From: a virus
Strand: one strand, 5' to 3'
DNA length: 64,000 nucleotides
IMG/VR virus record: IMGVR_UViG_3300049783_001607
Position numbers and translations under genes: made by a program. Below are positions 43,829-53,503 of this stretch, piece after piece. Positions within the stretch are counted from its first letter, which is position 1. Every line of letters starts with the position of its first letter. The notes below the pieces were generated by a model. It was not told where the DNA came from, did not search any database, and saw nothing but the letters and a program-made list of their open reading frames with translations.

Positions 43829-44317
43829 TTAATGACCTGTTGATTTTAATAGTAAGGCAAGATTTTCATAATTAATTAAACCTGTTTTAAAATCATCATC
43901 TTGTAATATTGGTAAATAAAATCCCTGTGAAATTTTTAAAATAGCTCCTATATCAACAGAAATACCTATTTCTTTTTTTAATCCTGATAAAGAATGTACA
44001 AATTCATCTACATCCCCTTGTCTAAGCCTGTCTAAAGCACGTTCAAATCTCATTAAAGTATTTTTAGATATTCCAAAATTTATTTTATCAACCCTTTTAC
44101 TTAAACTTGATATATTACTTGCATTAAAAGGTTCTCCCATTAATTGACACAAAGTATTAGTAGCAGCACAACCATAGCATATTTTTTGTGAGCTTACGTC
44201 TCCATAGGTTTGCATTGCAACTCTTACCCACTCCTTTTTTAGTCCTTCTGTCATAGCTAATATTACGTCAGAAACTGAGTTTATATTTTCAAATAAACCT
44301 GTATATTTTTTAGTCAT
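43829..44317 (-). CDS. tandem array paralog 2
   Basis: Same motifs. Confidence 0.85.
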   Translation of the reverse strand: MTKKYTGLFENINSVSDVILAMTEGLKKEWVRVAMQTYGDVSSQKICYGCAATNTLCQLMGEPFNASNISSLSKRVDKINFGISKNTLMRFERALDRLRQGDVDEFVHSLSGLKKEIGISVDIGAILKISQGFYLPILQDDDFKTGLINYENLALLLKSTGH

Positions 44318-44340
44318 GTTATAGTATTTTTAATGTTGAA

Positions 44341-44838
44341 TTAATAGCCTTCTTTTTTTAATTCCGTGCCAAATTTTTTATAGTAATGCAAATTTGCTTT
44401 AAAATTTTTATCATTTAAAGAAGGTAATTGAAATAAAGCGCTGAATAACATGATTTTTTCAAATTGAGTAACAAATCCCAATTCGTTTTCTAAAACGGTA
44501 GTATAAGATAAAAATTCAATTATAGATCCTTGTCTAAGCTTATCTACAGCACGTTCAAATCTCATTAAAGTTTCTTCAGATATTCCAAAATTTATTTCTA
44601 TAGCCCTGCCTTCTAAACTATTTATGTGGCTAGACTTAAAAGGTTTTCCCATCAATTCACATAAAGTATTAGTAGCAGCACAACCATAGCATGTTGTATT
44701 TTTATTACCCATTGTTGACGCACCAAAAGTGTACATTTTAACATTTACCCATTCTTTTTCCAACCCTGCTACCATGGCTAGTATTATGTCAGAGACTGAA
44801 TGTATGTTTTCAAATAAACCTGTATATTTTTTATTCAT
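44341..44838 (-). CDS. tandem array paralog 3
   Basis: Same motifs. Confidence 0.85.
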   Translation of the reverse strand: MNKKYTGLFENIHSVSDIILAMVAGLEKEWVNVKMYTFGASTMGNKNTTCYGCAATNTLCELMGKPFKSSHINSLEGRAIEINFGISEETLMRFERAVDKLRQGSIIEFLSYTTVLENELGFVTQFEKIMLFSALFQLPSLNDKNFKANLHYYKKFGTELKKEGY

Positions 44839-44856
44839 TTCGTAATATTTATAGTG

Positions 44857-45345
44857 TTAATAACCGTTTTGTTTTAATTCATTTGCGAATTGCTCATAAT
44901 AAATTAAATCCGTTTTATAATTTGAATTTTCTAGTCTAGGTAAATTAAAGTCTATATAAATAGATTTAATTTTTTTTAATTCTACAACGAAACCAATTTC
45001 TTCTTCAATCTCTGATAACGCCTCTAAAAATGTTATTATACATCCTTTTCTAAGGCTATCTATACACTCTTCAAACATTCTTAAATTTCCTGAAGATATC
45101 CCAAAATTTACTTGTTCTGCTCTCCGGTCTAAATTTATTATATTACTTGCATTAAATGGTTTATCCATTAATTGACACAAGGTATTAGTAGCCGCACAAC
45201 CGAAACATATTTTATCAGTAGTTACACCTCCATAAGTATTCATATCAACTTCAACCCATTCTTTTTTTAATCCTTTTATCATTGAAAATATAATATCTGA
45301 AACTGAATTTATTTTACTGAATATTCCTTTTTGTATTGCAGCCAT
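44857..45345 (-). CDS. tandem array paralog 4
   Basis: Same motifs. Confidence 0.85.
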   Translation of the reverse strand: MAAIQKGIFSKINSVSDIIFSMIKGLKKEWVEVDMNTYGGVTTDKICFGCAATNTLCQLMDKPFNASNIINLDRRAEQVNFGISSGNLRMFEECIDSLRKGCIITFLEALSEIEEEIGFVVELKKIKSIYIDFNLPRLENSNYKTDLIYYEQFANELKQNGY

Positions 45346-45368
45346 TTTGTAATATTTTTAATGTTAGA

Positions 45369-45857
45369 TTAAAGTCCTTCTTTTTTTAATGCACTCGCTA
45401 ATTGCTCATAATAAATTAAATTCGTTTTATAATTTGAGTTTTCTAATTTTGGCAAATTAAATTCCATACAAATAGACTTGATTTTTTCTTCTTCTATAAC
45501 AAAACCAATTTCGTCTTCGAGGCTTGATAAGTAAAGTAAAAATGTTATTATACATCCTGTTCTCAAGTTATCTATAGATACTTCAAACCGTCTTAAAGTA
45601 TGTGTAGATATCCCAAAATTTACCTCTTTTGCTCTTTCGTGTAAACCTATTATATTATCTACAGTAAATGGTTTATCCATTAATTGACATAAAGTATTTG
45701 TAGCAGCGCAGCCAAAACATACTTCATCATCAGTTACACTTCCAAAAGTATCCATATCAACTTCTACCCATTCTTTTTTTAAACCGTGTATCATAGCAAA
45801 TATAATATCTGAAACGGAGTTTATGTTCTTAAATATCCCTGTTTGTATTTTATCCAT
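45369..45857 (-). CDS. tandem array paralog 5
   Basis: Same motifs. Confidence 0.85.
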   Translation of the reverse strand: MDKIQTGIFKNINSVSDIIFAMIHGLKKEWVEVDMDTFGSVTDDEVCFGCAATNTLCQLMDKPFTVDNIIGLHERAKEVNFGISTHTLRRFEVSIDNLRTGCIITFLLYLSSLEDEIGFVIEEEKIKSICMEFNLPKLENSNYKTNLIYYEQLASALKKEGL

Positions 45858-45879
45858 TTGTAATATTTTTAATGTTAAA

Positions 45880-46365
45880 TTAAAGCCCTTCTTTTTTTAA
45901 TTCAGCAGCAATTTTTTCATAGAAATGCAGATTTTTTTTATAATCGTCAGTATCTAATTCTGGTAAATTAATTTTATTCATAATGCTGATAAGTCTGTCC
46001 GTTTCAATTTTTATACCGATTTCTTTTTCAATTTCTATTAAATGATGTATAAATTCCCTACTTCTTCCTAGTCTTAAATTATCTAAAGACATTTCAAATA
46101 CTTTTAAAGTGTACCAATCAATTCCAAAATTTACTTTTTCACGTCTACTTTTTAGGTTGTTTATATTACTTGCATTAAAAGGTTCTCCCATTAATTGACA
46201 CAAAGTATTAGTAGCAGCGCAACCGAAACATACTTTTTTATATACAGCTCCATAAGTTTGCATATCAATTTTTACCCACTCTTTTTTTAATCCCTCTGTC
46301 ATAGCTAGTATTATGTCTGAGACTGAATTTATTTTACTGAATATACCTGTTTGTATTGTATTCAT
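45880..46365 (-). CDS. tandem array paralog 6
   Basis: Same motifs. Confidence 0.85.
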   Translation of the reverse strand: MNTIQTGIFSKINSVSDIILAMTEGLKKEWVKIDMQTYGAVYKKVCFGCAATNTLCQLMGEPFNASNINNLKSRREKVNFGIDWYTLKVFEMSLDNLRLGRSREFIHHLIEIEKEIGIKIETDRLISIMNKINLPELDTDDYKKNLHFYEKIAAELKKEGL

Positions 46366-46388
46366 ATTGTAATATTTTTAATGTTAGA

Positions 46389-46874
46389 TTAAAGCCCTTC
46401 TTTTTTTAATGCTTCTGCAAATACTTCGTAATGTCGTAAATTGATTTTATAATTTTCATTAGTTAATATTGGTAAATAAACTTTATCCGCAATAACCATA
46501 ATTTTTTCTTCTTCGATTTTTATACCAGTCTTTTTCTCAATTTGTTCTAAACAGTATAAAAAATCTTCAGTTCTTGCTTCTCTTAAATGATCTAAACCCA
46601 TTTCAAAGTTTCCTAAAGTATGGCTATCAATCCCAAAATTTACTTTTTTACGTCTGGATTGTAGGCTAATTATATTATTTTCATTAAAAGGCTCTCCCAT
46701 CAACTCACATAAAGTATTAGTAGCTGCACATCCAAAACATAGATTATTTTCTTCATATCCGTAACTTTGCATATCAACATTTACCCATTCTTTTTCTAAG
46801 CCTCGGATCATTGTAAATATTATGTCAGAAACTGAATTTATTTTACTGAATATGTTTTCTTGTATTGTATCCAT
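46389..46874 (-). CDS. tandem array paralog 7
   Basis: Same motifs. Confidence 0.85.
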   Translation of the reverse strand: MDTIQENIFSKINSVSDIIFTMIRGLEKEWVNVDMQSYGYEENNLCFGCAATNTLCELMGEPFNENNIISLQSRRKKVNFGIDSHTLGNFEMGLDHLREARTEDFLYCLEQIEKKTGIKIEEEKIMVIADKVYLPILTNENYKINLRHYEVFAEALKKEGL

Positions 46875-46902
46875 TCTGTAATTATTTTTTTTTAGTGTTA
46901 GA

Positions 46903-47412
46903 TTAATACCCTTCTTTTTTTAAGTCTAAAGCAAATTCTTTATAGATAGGCAGATATTCTTTAAAATCTTCATTGTATAATATTGGTAAATGATATGTGC
47001 TGCTAAAGCATAAGATTTCTTCAACTTTTACAGCAAACCCTAGTTCTTTTTCTAGTGCTTTTATATGCGATAAAAACCAGTCTATATCTCCCACTCTTAA
47101 CTTATCTACTCCTTGTTCAAATCTATATACAACATCTGAAGGGATACCAAAATTTACTAGAGAAGCTCTTTCTTCTACGCTGTGTATATTACTGGAATCA
47201 AAAGGTTTTCCCATCAATTGACATAGAGTATTAGTAGCTGCACATCCAAAACACATATTTTTTTCATTAGCTATTGTCTCACCAAACCTTGTTGTACCAT
47301 AGGTTTCCATATCAACATTTACCCATTCTTTTTCTAAGCCTGCTACCATAGCAAATATAATATCTGAAATTGAGTGCACATCTTCAAATAAACCTGTATA
47401 TTTTTTATTCAT
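46903..47412 (-). CDS. tandem array paralog 8
   Basis: Same motifs. Confidence 0.85.
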   Translation of the reverse strand: MNKKYTGLFEDVHSISDIIFAMVAGLEKEWVNVDMETYGTTRFGETIANEKNMCFGCAATNTLCQLMGKPFDSSNIHSVEERASLVNFGIPSDVVYRFEQGVDKLRVGDIDWFLSHIKALEKELGFAVKVEEILCFSSTYHLPILYNEDFKEYLPIYKEFALDLKKEGY

Positions 47413-47440
47413 GTTATAGTATTTATAGTGTTAAAATTAA

Positions 47441-47470
47441 AAAACCCCACTTCTATAGAGAGGTGGGGAA
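47441..47470 (-). terminator. intrinsic terminator-like hairpin
   Basis: ccccac..gtgggg stem followed by a T run on the minus strand. Confidence 0.55.
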
Positions 47471-47574
47471 ATTGCTATGAATAAGTTTCTTATTTATGCA
47501 CCCCAGAAACTTGTTTGAAGGAGGGGCAAAGAACTTGGTACGTACTTAGTCGCTCGGCAGCGATGATTTCTACT

Positions 47575-48021
47575 TTATTTAATATGAACGATATCAAGTA
47601 TTCTTGTATCAATTCTTTTTGATAATTTTTCGGTTTCTTCTTCAAAAACTTTTTTACATTCTGTTTTTAGTGCTAATTCGTTTTTTAAAGCTGCCCTAGC
47701 ATTACTAATTCCTTTTAAATAAACAGAAATAATATTATTTTGAGCTTCGTTTGTAAGAATATCATCTGGATTAACATTCATGTACGCCTCTTTCAACGAC
47801 TCTTCAAAATCTTCAATTCGCTCATTAAAAGATTCAATAGCTTGTTCGTAATTAAACTTTAGAGTTTCTTTATTCTTCTCTAAAGCTTGCACATCCCTTT
47901 TTAATTTTTTAACTACTTTAGTAAAAAAACTATCTAATTTTCCGTTATTACCTAATTTAAGTAATTCAGCGATTTTTCTTGTAATAAGATACTTAGCTGT
48001 TTCTTGTTTTTCTGTACTCAT
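47575..48021 (-). CDS. coiled-coil hypothetical protein
   Basis: Heptad-rich K/E/L composition. Confidence 0.6.
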   Translation of the reverse strand: MSTEKQETAKYLITRKIAELLKLGNNGKLDSFFTKVVKKLKRDVQALEKNKETLKFNYEQAIESFNERIEDFEESLKEAYMNVNPDDILTNEAQNNIISVYLKGISNARAALKNELALKTECKKVFEEETEKLSKRIDTRILDIVHIK

Positions 48022-48051
48022 AATAATTTAATTCTAGTATTTAAATAATAT

Positions 48052-49998
48052 TTAATAATCTATCACCTCGATTAAAGGTATTACAATAATCTCATCCCTT
48101 GTAATAATTTTTGGAGTATTTAATCTTTTTTCATTTATTGTACTAACAGTTTTTTTATTAGTTACCTCATTTTCTGCAAATTCTAAGCAATCTTCTACAT
48201 ATGTATATGAAAAATGACCTGCGGGTATAGAATTTACTCTGAAGTGGTTTTTTGAAATATACTTTGTTATTACACCTAGTTTACCAATTGTGTCGTCCAT
48301 GGAATCTATCCAATTAAAAGGAGGAGGAGAATTTATATTTTTGCGCTTTATTCTTACAATATCGTCTTTTTTAAATTTCATTTCCGGTCCAATTTCTAAA
48401 GAATCTTCAAAAAATTCTCCATTTTTAAGCATTTCGTCATAAGGATTCATAACTACTATGTCTCCGTGGGTATTTAGTTTTGTTGTCGGATCTAATATTA
48501 AAGATTCTACAGGAAAAGTAAACCTTTCATATGCTACATTTATTTCTTCCCCCCGGCCATTTAAAAATTTTAATTTAACACTATTAGAACTTTCTAATGT
48601 TTTACGTACTATTGCTTTAAGAGAAATAGCAGAATCCATTTGCTGAATCCATGAGCATAATTTATTATCACTGTATTTTTTTAAAACAATTACTACATCA
48701 TCTTTTTTAAAGCCATCATAGTTAACACTAGGCTTTTCAGCATTAAAAATATCAATATGTTCTTCTTCTTTAATTAAAGCCGCATTTCCAGGAATTAAAG
48801 ATTGTAAAGGATATGAATATACATGAAAAGAAGGGGAAATAAAATTATAATCAGAACTTAAAAATTTTAATTCTGCACTTTCATTTATAGTGTTAATTTT
48901 TGCTATAATAGCTTTATAACCAACAGCTTCTGTCATTTCAGGTTCCCAACTACATCCTTTATTTTCACGATATATTTTATTAACTCTTACTGAAGAACCT
49001 TCTATAAACTTATTTATATCTATTTTTTCAGGTGAGTCTTTAATATTAGATTCTAGTTTTAATGATTGTATGGGAGATCTGTTAGCTACCCATCCAATAT
49101 TAGATTCTAGTTTTAATGATTGTATGGGAAATCCTTTGCCTCCTCCCAACTCAGATATTTTTTTTTCTAGTGAAATATCTATAAATTTTAATTGTGCAAA
49201 TTTATATCTATAATTTACACTTTGTACTATTGCTGATCTTTTTAGAGTCATATCCATAGGCGAAATCCAAACACAATTTCTATTGTCTCTATATATATTA
49301 TCTACTATTACTTCAGATCCTTTTTGAATCTCTAGTAATTCTAATGATTCAACAGGAAACACCCAGTTAGAACTGCTAAATTCATTTTTTAAAATAGTGT
49401 TATGAAATTTTAACTTTGCTATATTTTTAAATACATTTACTACTGTAGCAGTTTTTCCTATAGTTTTATCCATCTTAGATACCCAACAAGCATCCATATT
49501 TTCAGAATGTTTTTTAGTTACTTTTATTTCTGATCCTTCTTTTATGTCCATGGTATTAGATTTAGTGTATTTTTTTAAGAATTCTTCCGATAGTGGGGGC
49601 AGTGGTATTGGTTCCTGGTTTAAAAAACATTCTGAGGGTGTAAGGGGTCTTTCCATTGCAGTATTGAGATAAAAAGGATTGGAAGCTGATTTATTAAATC
49701 CTCTAGCAGCCGTATCTAAATACATAGTACGCATACTTGAATATGTATTAGGCACAAAAAGAGAATCATTATTGGAATATACTAAAGATTCTATAGGGAA
49801 TGACATGTTTTTAAACTCGTTTTTTAAATGAGGTGAACTAAACATTAAATTTACTACACTATTAGACCATACATAACTCACTTCTGCAAAATGTCCTATA
49901 GCTTTATCCATTGTTGGAGTCCATCTACATGTTTTATTTTGTCTATATATTTTATCTACTTTTATTATATCTCCTATTTGTATTTTTTCTGTTTTCAT
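48052..49998 (-). CDS. 648-aa protein with six repeats of a KOW/SH3-like domain
   Basis: Repeat G..V.V.K.Y..N..C.W...M...IG..A.V......A.LKF...FP..SL. Confidence 0.75.
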   Translation of the reverse strand: MKTEKIQIGDIIKVDKIYRQNKTCRWTPTMDKAIGHFAEVSYVWSNSVVNLMFSSPHLKNEFKNMSFPIESLVYSNNDSLFVPNTYSSMRTMYLDTAARGFNKSASNPFYLNTAMERPLTPSECFLNQEPIPLPPLSEEFLKKYTKSNTMDIKEGSEIKVTKKHSENMDACWVSKMDKTIGKTATVVNVFKNIAKLKFHNTILKNEFSSSNWVFPVESLELLEIQKGSEVIVDNIYRDNRNCVWISPMDMTLKRSAIVQSVNYRYKFAQLKFIDISLEKKISELGGGKGFPIQSLKLESNIGWVANRSPIQSLKLESNIKDSPEKIDINKFIEGSSVRVNKIYRENKGCSWEPEMTEAVGYKAIIAKINTINESAELKFLSSDYNFISPSFHVYSYPLQSLIPGNAALIKEEEHIDIFNAEKPSVNYDGFKKDDVVIVLKKYSDNKLCSWIQQMDSAISLKAIVRKTLESSNSVKLKFLNGRGEEINVAYERFTFPVESLILDPTTKLNTHGDIVVMNPYDEMLKNGEFFEDSLEIGPEMKFKKDDIVRIKRKNINSPPPFNWIDSMDDTIGKLGVITKYISKNHFRVNSIPAGHFSYTYVEDCLEFAENEVTNKKTVSTINEKRLNTPKIITRDEIIVIPLIEVIDY

Positions 49999-50103
49999 GG
50001 CTTAAATTTTAAAATGAAAATGTCTTTTAATATATCTTAACGTTATATTAATTGTTTTAAGATATGATAAAAGACATGGATTATATTTTGAAAATCTGGA
50101 ATT

Positions 50104-50139
50104 AAAAAAAGCGGGAGTATGATAAACCCACGCTTTTTT
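50104..50139 (-). terminator. terminator downstream of the tmRNA
   Basis: aaaaaagcg-gg...cc-cgcttttt hairpin. Confidence 0.6.
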
Positions 50140-50182
50140 AATAATTTAATTAGTGGAGCATAAGGGATTCGCTTTAGTTTCA

Positions 50183-50214
50183 TTTGTTTTAACCACTAAT
50201 TTAATTTATATTTG
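50183..50214 (+). promoter_or_regulatory. Bacteroidota sigma-70-type promoter for the intron ORF
   Basis: TTTG (50183-50186), 20-nt spacer, TATATTTG (50207-50214), then 4 nt before ATG 50219. Confidence 0.7.
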
Positions 50215-50218
50215 CAAT

Positions 50219-50725
50219 ATGAATTACAAAAATAATAGAAAATTAATAGAGTTAAAATGCGATGGTTGTAACACTATTTATAATAAACCTGAAAAAGATT
50301 ACAAAAGAAATCTTAGAGTAGGTAGAAAAAGCTATTGTACTAGAATTTGTGCTGGTAAACACAATAAAACTACACATTTAATTCCCGGTAACAGAAATGA
50401 TACTTTTACTCCTTACAAGTATTATATGAAAAATGTTAAACAACGTTTTAAAAATCACAATATAACATTAATAGATTTACAAAACCAATGGTTACAACAA
50501 AAAGGGATTTGTCCTTATTCTGGTGTAAAATTAATATTGTCTACTCATAGTAAAAGAGAATCTAACACTGTTTATGGAGCTTCTTTAGATAGAATAGATT
50601 CTACTTTAGGCTATATAAAAGGTAATATTCAATTTACTTCAAAAGCAATAAATTACATGAAAGGAGAAATGACTCATGAAGAGACTTTAAACTTATGTAA
50701 AATAATATCTATTAATTACAAATAA
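50219..50725 (+). CDS. HNH/EndoVII-like homing endonuclease with N-terminal Zn ribbon, antisense within the intron
   Basis: CDGC...YCTRIC; QKGICPYSG; ASLDRIDS..GY..GN.......N.MK. Start moved from 50153 (inside the tmRNA exon) to ATG 50219. Confidence 0.8.
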   Translation: MNYKNNRKLIELKCDGCNTIYNKPEKDYKRNLRVGRKSYCTRICAGKHNKTTHLIPGNRNDTFTPYKYYMKNVKQRFKNHNITLIDLQNQWLQQKGICPYSGVKLILSTHSKRESNTVYGASLDRIDSTLGYIKGNIQFTSKAINYMKGEMTHEETLNLCKIISINYK

Positions 50726-51449
50726 ACTTACATTTCTATAAGGATCGGACTATATCATCAACTGTTCTAGTTGTTGCTTCCTGTGGGCTATCCGTAGATT
50801 CCCTAGTCTCTGAACCTTCTCACTTCTTCCAGTGAGCTTGGCTGCTGATTAGCTTAGGTGCGTCTTTCAACCCTTAGCTTCCCAGTCAATTCAAGCAATG
50901 TTTTTTATTAAGTATCCCTACTTAACTGGTCCGAATTTCTTTAAACCCTTGTCTTCCGCTACTCAATAAATAATATTTTATAAAGCTTATGTGTAGTTTT
51001 AATTCTTCTCCAGAATAGGAACAACTGATTAAAGTTAGTTCACCACCACTTATTTTTTTAAGAAATAAGAAACTTTGTAATATATTATACAGCTTCACTA
51101 TTATAATAATAAAAGATTACTCCCATATTAAATACAATTTCGGGTCTTGCTCTAGTTTTTGTGTTATCCAAACTCAAGGTTCCTGTAATATATTGTGCAT
51201 AGCCCTCCTAAACCTTTTTTGGGTATTGACTCTATGCTGCCACTGCTAATTCCTTTTCTTGGACTGGTACTGTACTTCCCAATTCTTCTGATCCAGAGTT
51301 TAGAATGTTGTAAACAACTTTCATGTTAGCTTCCGATTGATTCTTAATTTCGTTTCCGTTTATTAAAATTCACCTATGTTTAGAGTTTTCTCTCGCTTAA
51401 TATTATAAATCTTGTATGAAATCAACACCGAAAATGCCCCAGTTAATCA

Positions 51450-51457
51450 CAAATGTA
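51450..51457 (-). promoter_or_regulatory. -7 promoter box for the tmRNA
   Basis: TACATTTG (TAnnTTTG) just upstream of the tmRNA 5' end. Confidence 0.65.
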
Positions 51458-53503
51458 ATATTTTTTATTGGTTTTAGTTATTTAATTACTCAATTTCATT
51501 CATTAAATAAGTTTTAGGCTTTTTTTCTACTATATAATGTGTATGAAGAAAGTTTATGTATGCTTTGTATCTACTTTTAGTTCTCAAAGCTCTAATTCTT
51601 TCTAATTCATGTTGTTGAACTAGTACTAATTTATAAGGCTGTGTTAAAAGTTCTCTAAGTTTATCTAATAATGATAATTCATTGTGTTCTTCATCAATCC
51701 AGTTAGACATAATATTATAGTTTAAAAGTTAAATAAAACCTCTTCAAAATATCACTATTAAGAAGAGGAAAATTGCTATGAAACAGAGTTACCTAATTAC
51801 TCCGAGGTTAATATTTTCTAGTAACTACATTTATTACGCTATCTTGCATTTTGCAATTAGTGCATTTAGTTACTTTTATCGTTCTGCTAAATTTTGTTAG
51901 TTTATTAATAAAACTGACTGAATCTTTTGTTCCACAGAAAGAACATTGTATTTTATTTGTAATGATACTCACAACACTATAGTTATACTAGCATAGCTGA
52001 TAGTTAAGTGACAAAATGCCCAGACCATAAAAATGGCTGTAATAACTCTTTTTATGTCGTAATTTTCTTTCCTGGATAATGGTTCCAATGTTTTAATCAC
52101 TGCTAATCCGAATACTATAATCATTAATGCGTCCATGGGTATATTTTTAAATTGGTTATTATTTTAAGGTTTAATATTTAAAATAACTGCCGCGTGTTTA
52201 CATTTGTACTATATCTACTCCCCTTTAGAATCGGCTTTAATAGAATATCAACAAAAACTCAGCAGTTATTTTAAGAGATAAATTAGTAAGAATCGTATAT
52301 TCCCTACTAAAGAAACAATTCTGTACGATTCATTCATCCCTTTTAAGAGTTCATTCGAAGTTTCTCAAATTTCAAATATAGCACACATCACAAAATACTG
52401 ACATAGTACTAGCCTCTATTCTTTACAATATATTCTTCGGCTTAAAGGAATATACTAAGAGTTTTTTATCTTTATCATATCCCATTTTAATTTCTTTCTT
52501 CAACATTTTATGTTGCACTTAGAAATAGGACAAGCGCTAACTTCTTTAATACGCTTTTATCTATCATCATTTATAAAGGCTTTAGACTTTTGGATTTTAT
52601 CATATTATTCCAGCTGATTTAATATTCTAATGGTGGTTTAAAGTGTCTATTTAATACAATTAATCTGGGGTTTGTTGATTTTAGATTCCGGCATTTTCTA
52701 CATTTACACGGCTCATTTACAAATCTACCGCAACCCGGATGATATTTATAACCTAAATCAAGTTTTTTTTGTATTTTACCAGAATGTATCCATTTCTCTA
52801 AAGTATCAGGGTTTGTTATTATTAGTGTACCTCCCATAGGTTTTTCCCATTGATCGCTCATAATAATATCTTTTTAATATTTTTCTAATGTGTACTTTCT
52901 ATTGTTCGTATAAACCAATGATTTTTCAAAAACAGGTTTAAACCAAGCTAATGGTTTGTGCTCATTTAACCATTTTAATCCTTCTTGATTCACGGTTAAT
53001 TTTATCAGATTTTCTATTTGTAAACTGTAACCGCTCATTTGAGAACTCCAGTTATTAAAAGTTGTATCCAGATTTTTTTTTACTGCTGTCATCACACTTT
53101 TAGATTGATCATCAGACATACCGTTGTTTATTAGGTATTTTAACATAGTTTCTTCTACTGTCATTTTAAATGTTTTAATCGTGAAAAGGTCTTTTTTTGT
53201 TATGCTTTATTTTTTGAGGTAATTGTACTTTATTTGTATAGTTATTTAAATCTCTATAGATTGTGTTATCATCAACAGTAGGTATTTTAATATTTTTTTC
53301 AGATTGTTTTTCAAAAATTAAAAGCTCTTTTAAACGTTTTTTTTCGTTAAGTATTGATTTATTTCCATACCCATCAACTATTACAATTATTCTTTTTTTC
53401 ATCGTCTTACAAATTAATAATTATTGATAATAAAAAAACCTTCTCTAATTAAAGAAAAGGTTTTTAAAATGTTAAATCAAGCTTACTAGGCTTTTTTTGT
53501 TCT

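Larger units (their letters stand above)
50172..50943 (-). mobile_element. group I intron in the tmRNA T-loop
   Basis: R element GGTTCAGAGACTAG (50816-50803) and S element GATGATATAGTCC (50759-50747). The exon ends in U and the intron ends in G. The IGS ATTCG-GACC (50936-50928) pairs with both exons. Confidence 0.92.
50154..51440 (-). ncRNA. ssrA: tmRNA, split by a group I intron (exon 1 51440-50944, exon 2 50171-50154)
   Basis: 5' GGGGCAT pairs with 3' ATGCTCC-A, including the G3-U Ala determinant. The spliced T arm is AAGGG-TTCGAAT-CCCTT. The tag ORF at 51357-51232 ends LAVAA*. Confidence 0.92.

Noticed and set aside
31907-47412. Diversity-generating retroelement behind the paralog variation
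   Set aside because: No reverse transcriptase in the window, and no template/variable repeat pair differing only at adenines was seen.
50153-50218. N-terminal extension of the endonuclease ORF from GTG 50153
   Set aside because: It overlaps the tmRNA 3' exon and the promoter; ATG 50219 fits better.
18620-53465. Shared ATTAA loop in several terminator hairpins as an antitermination signal
   Set aside because: Such a short motif is expected by chance at this AT content; not supportable without statistics.
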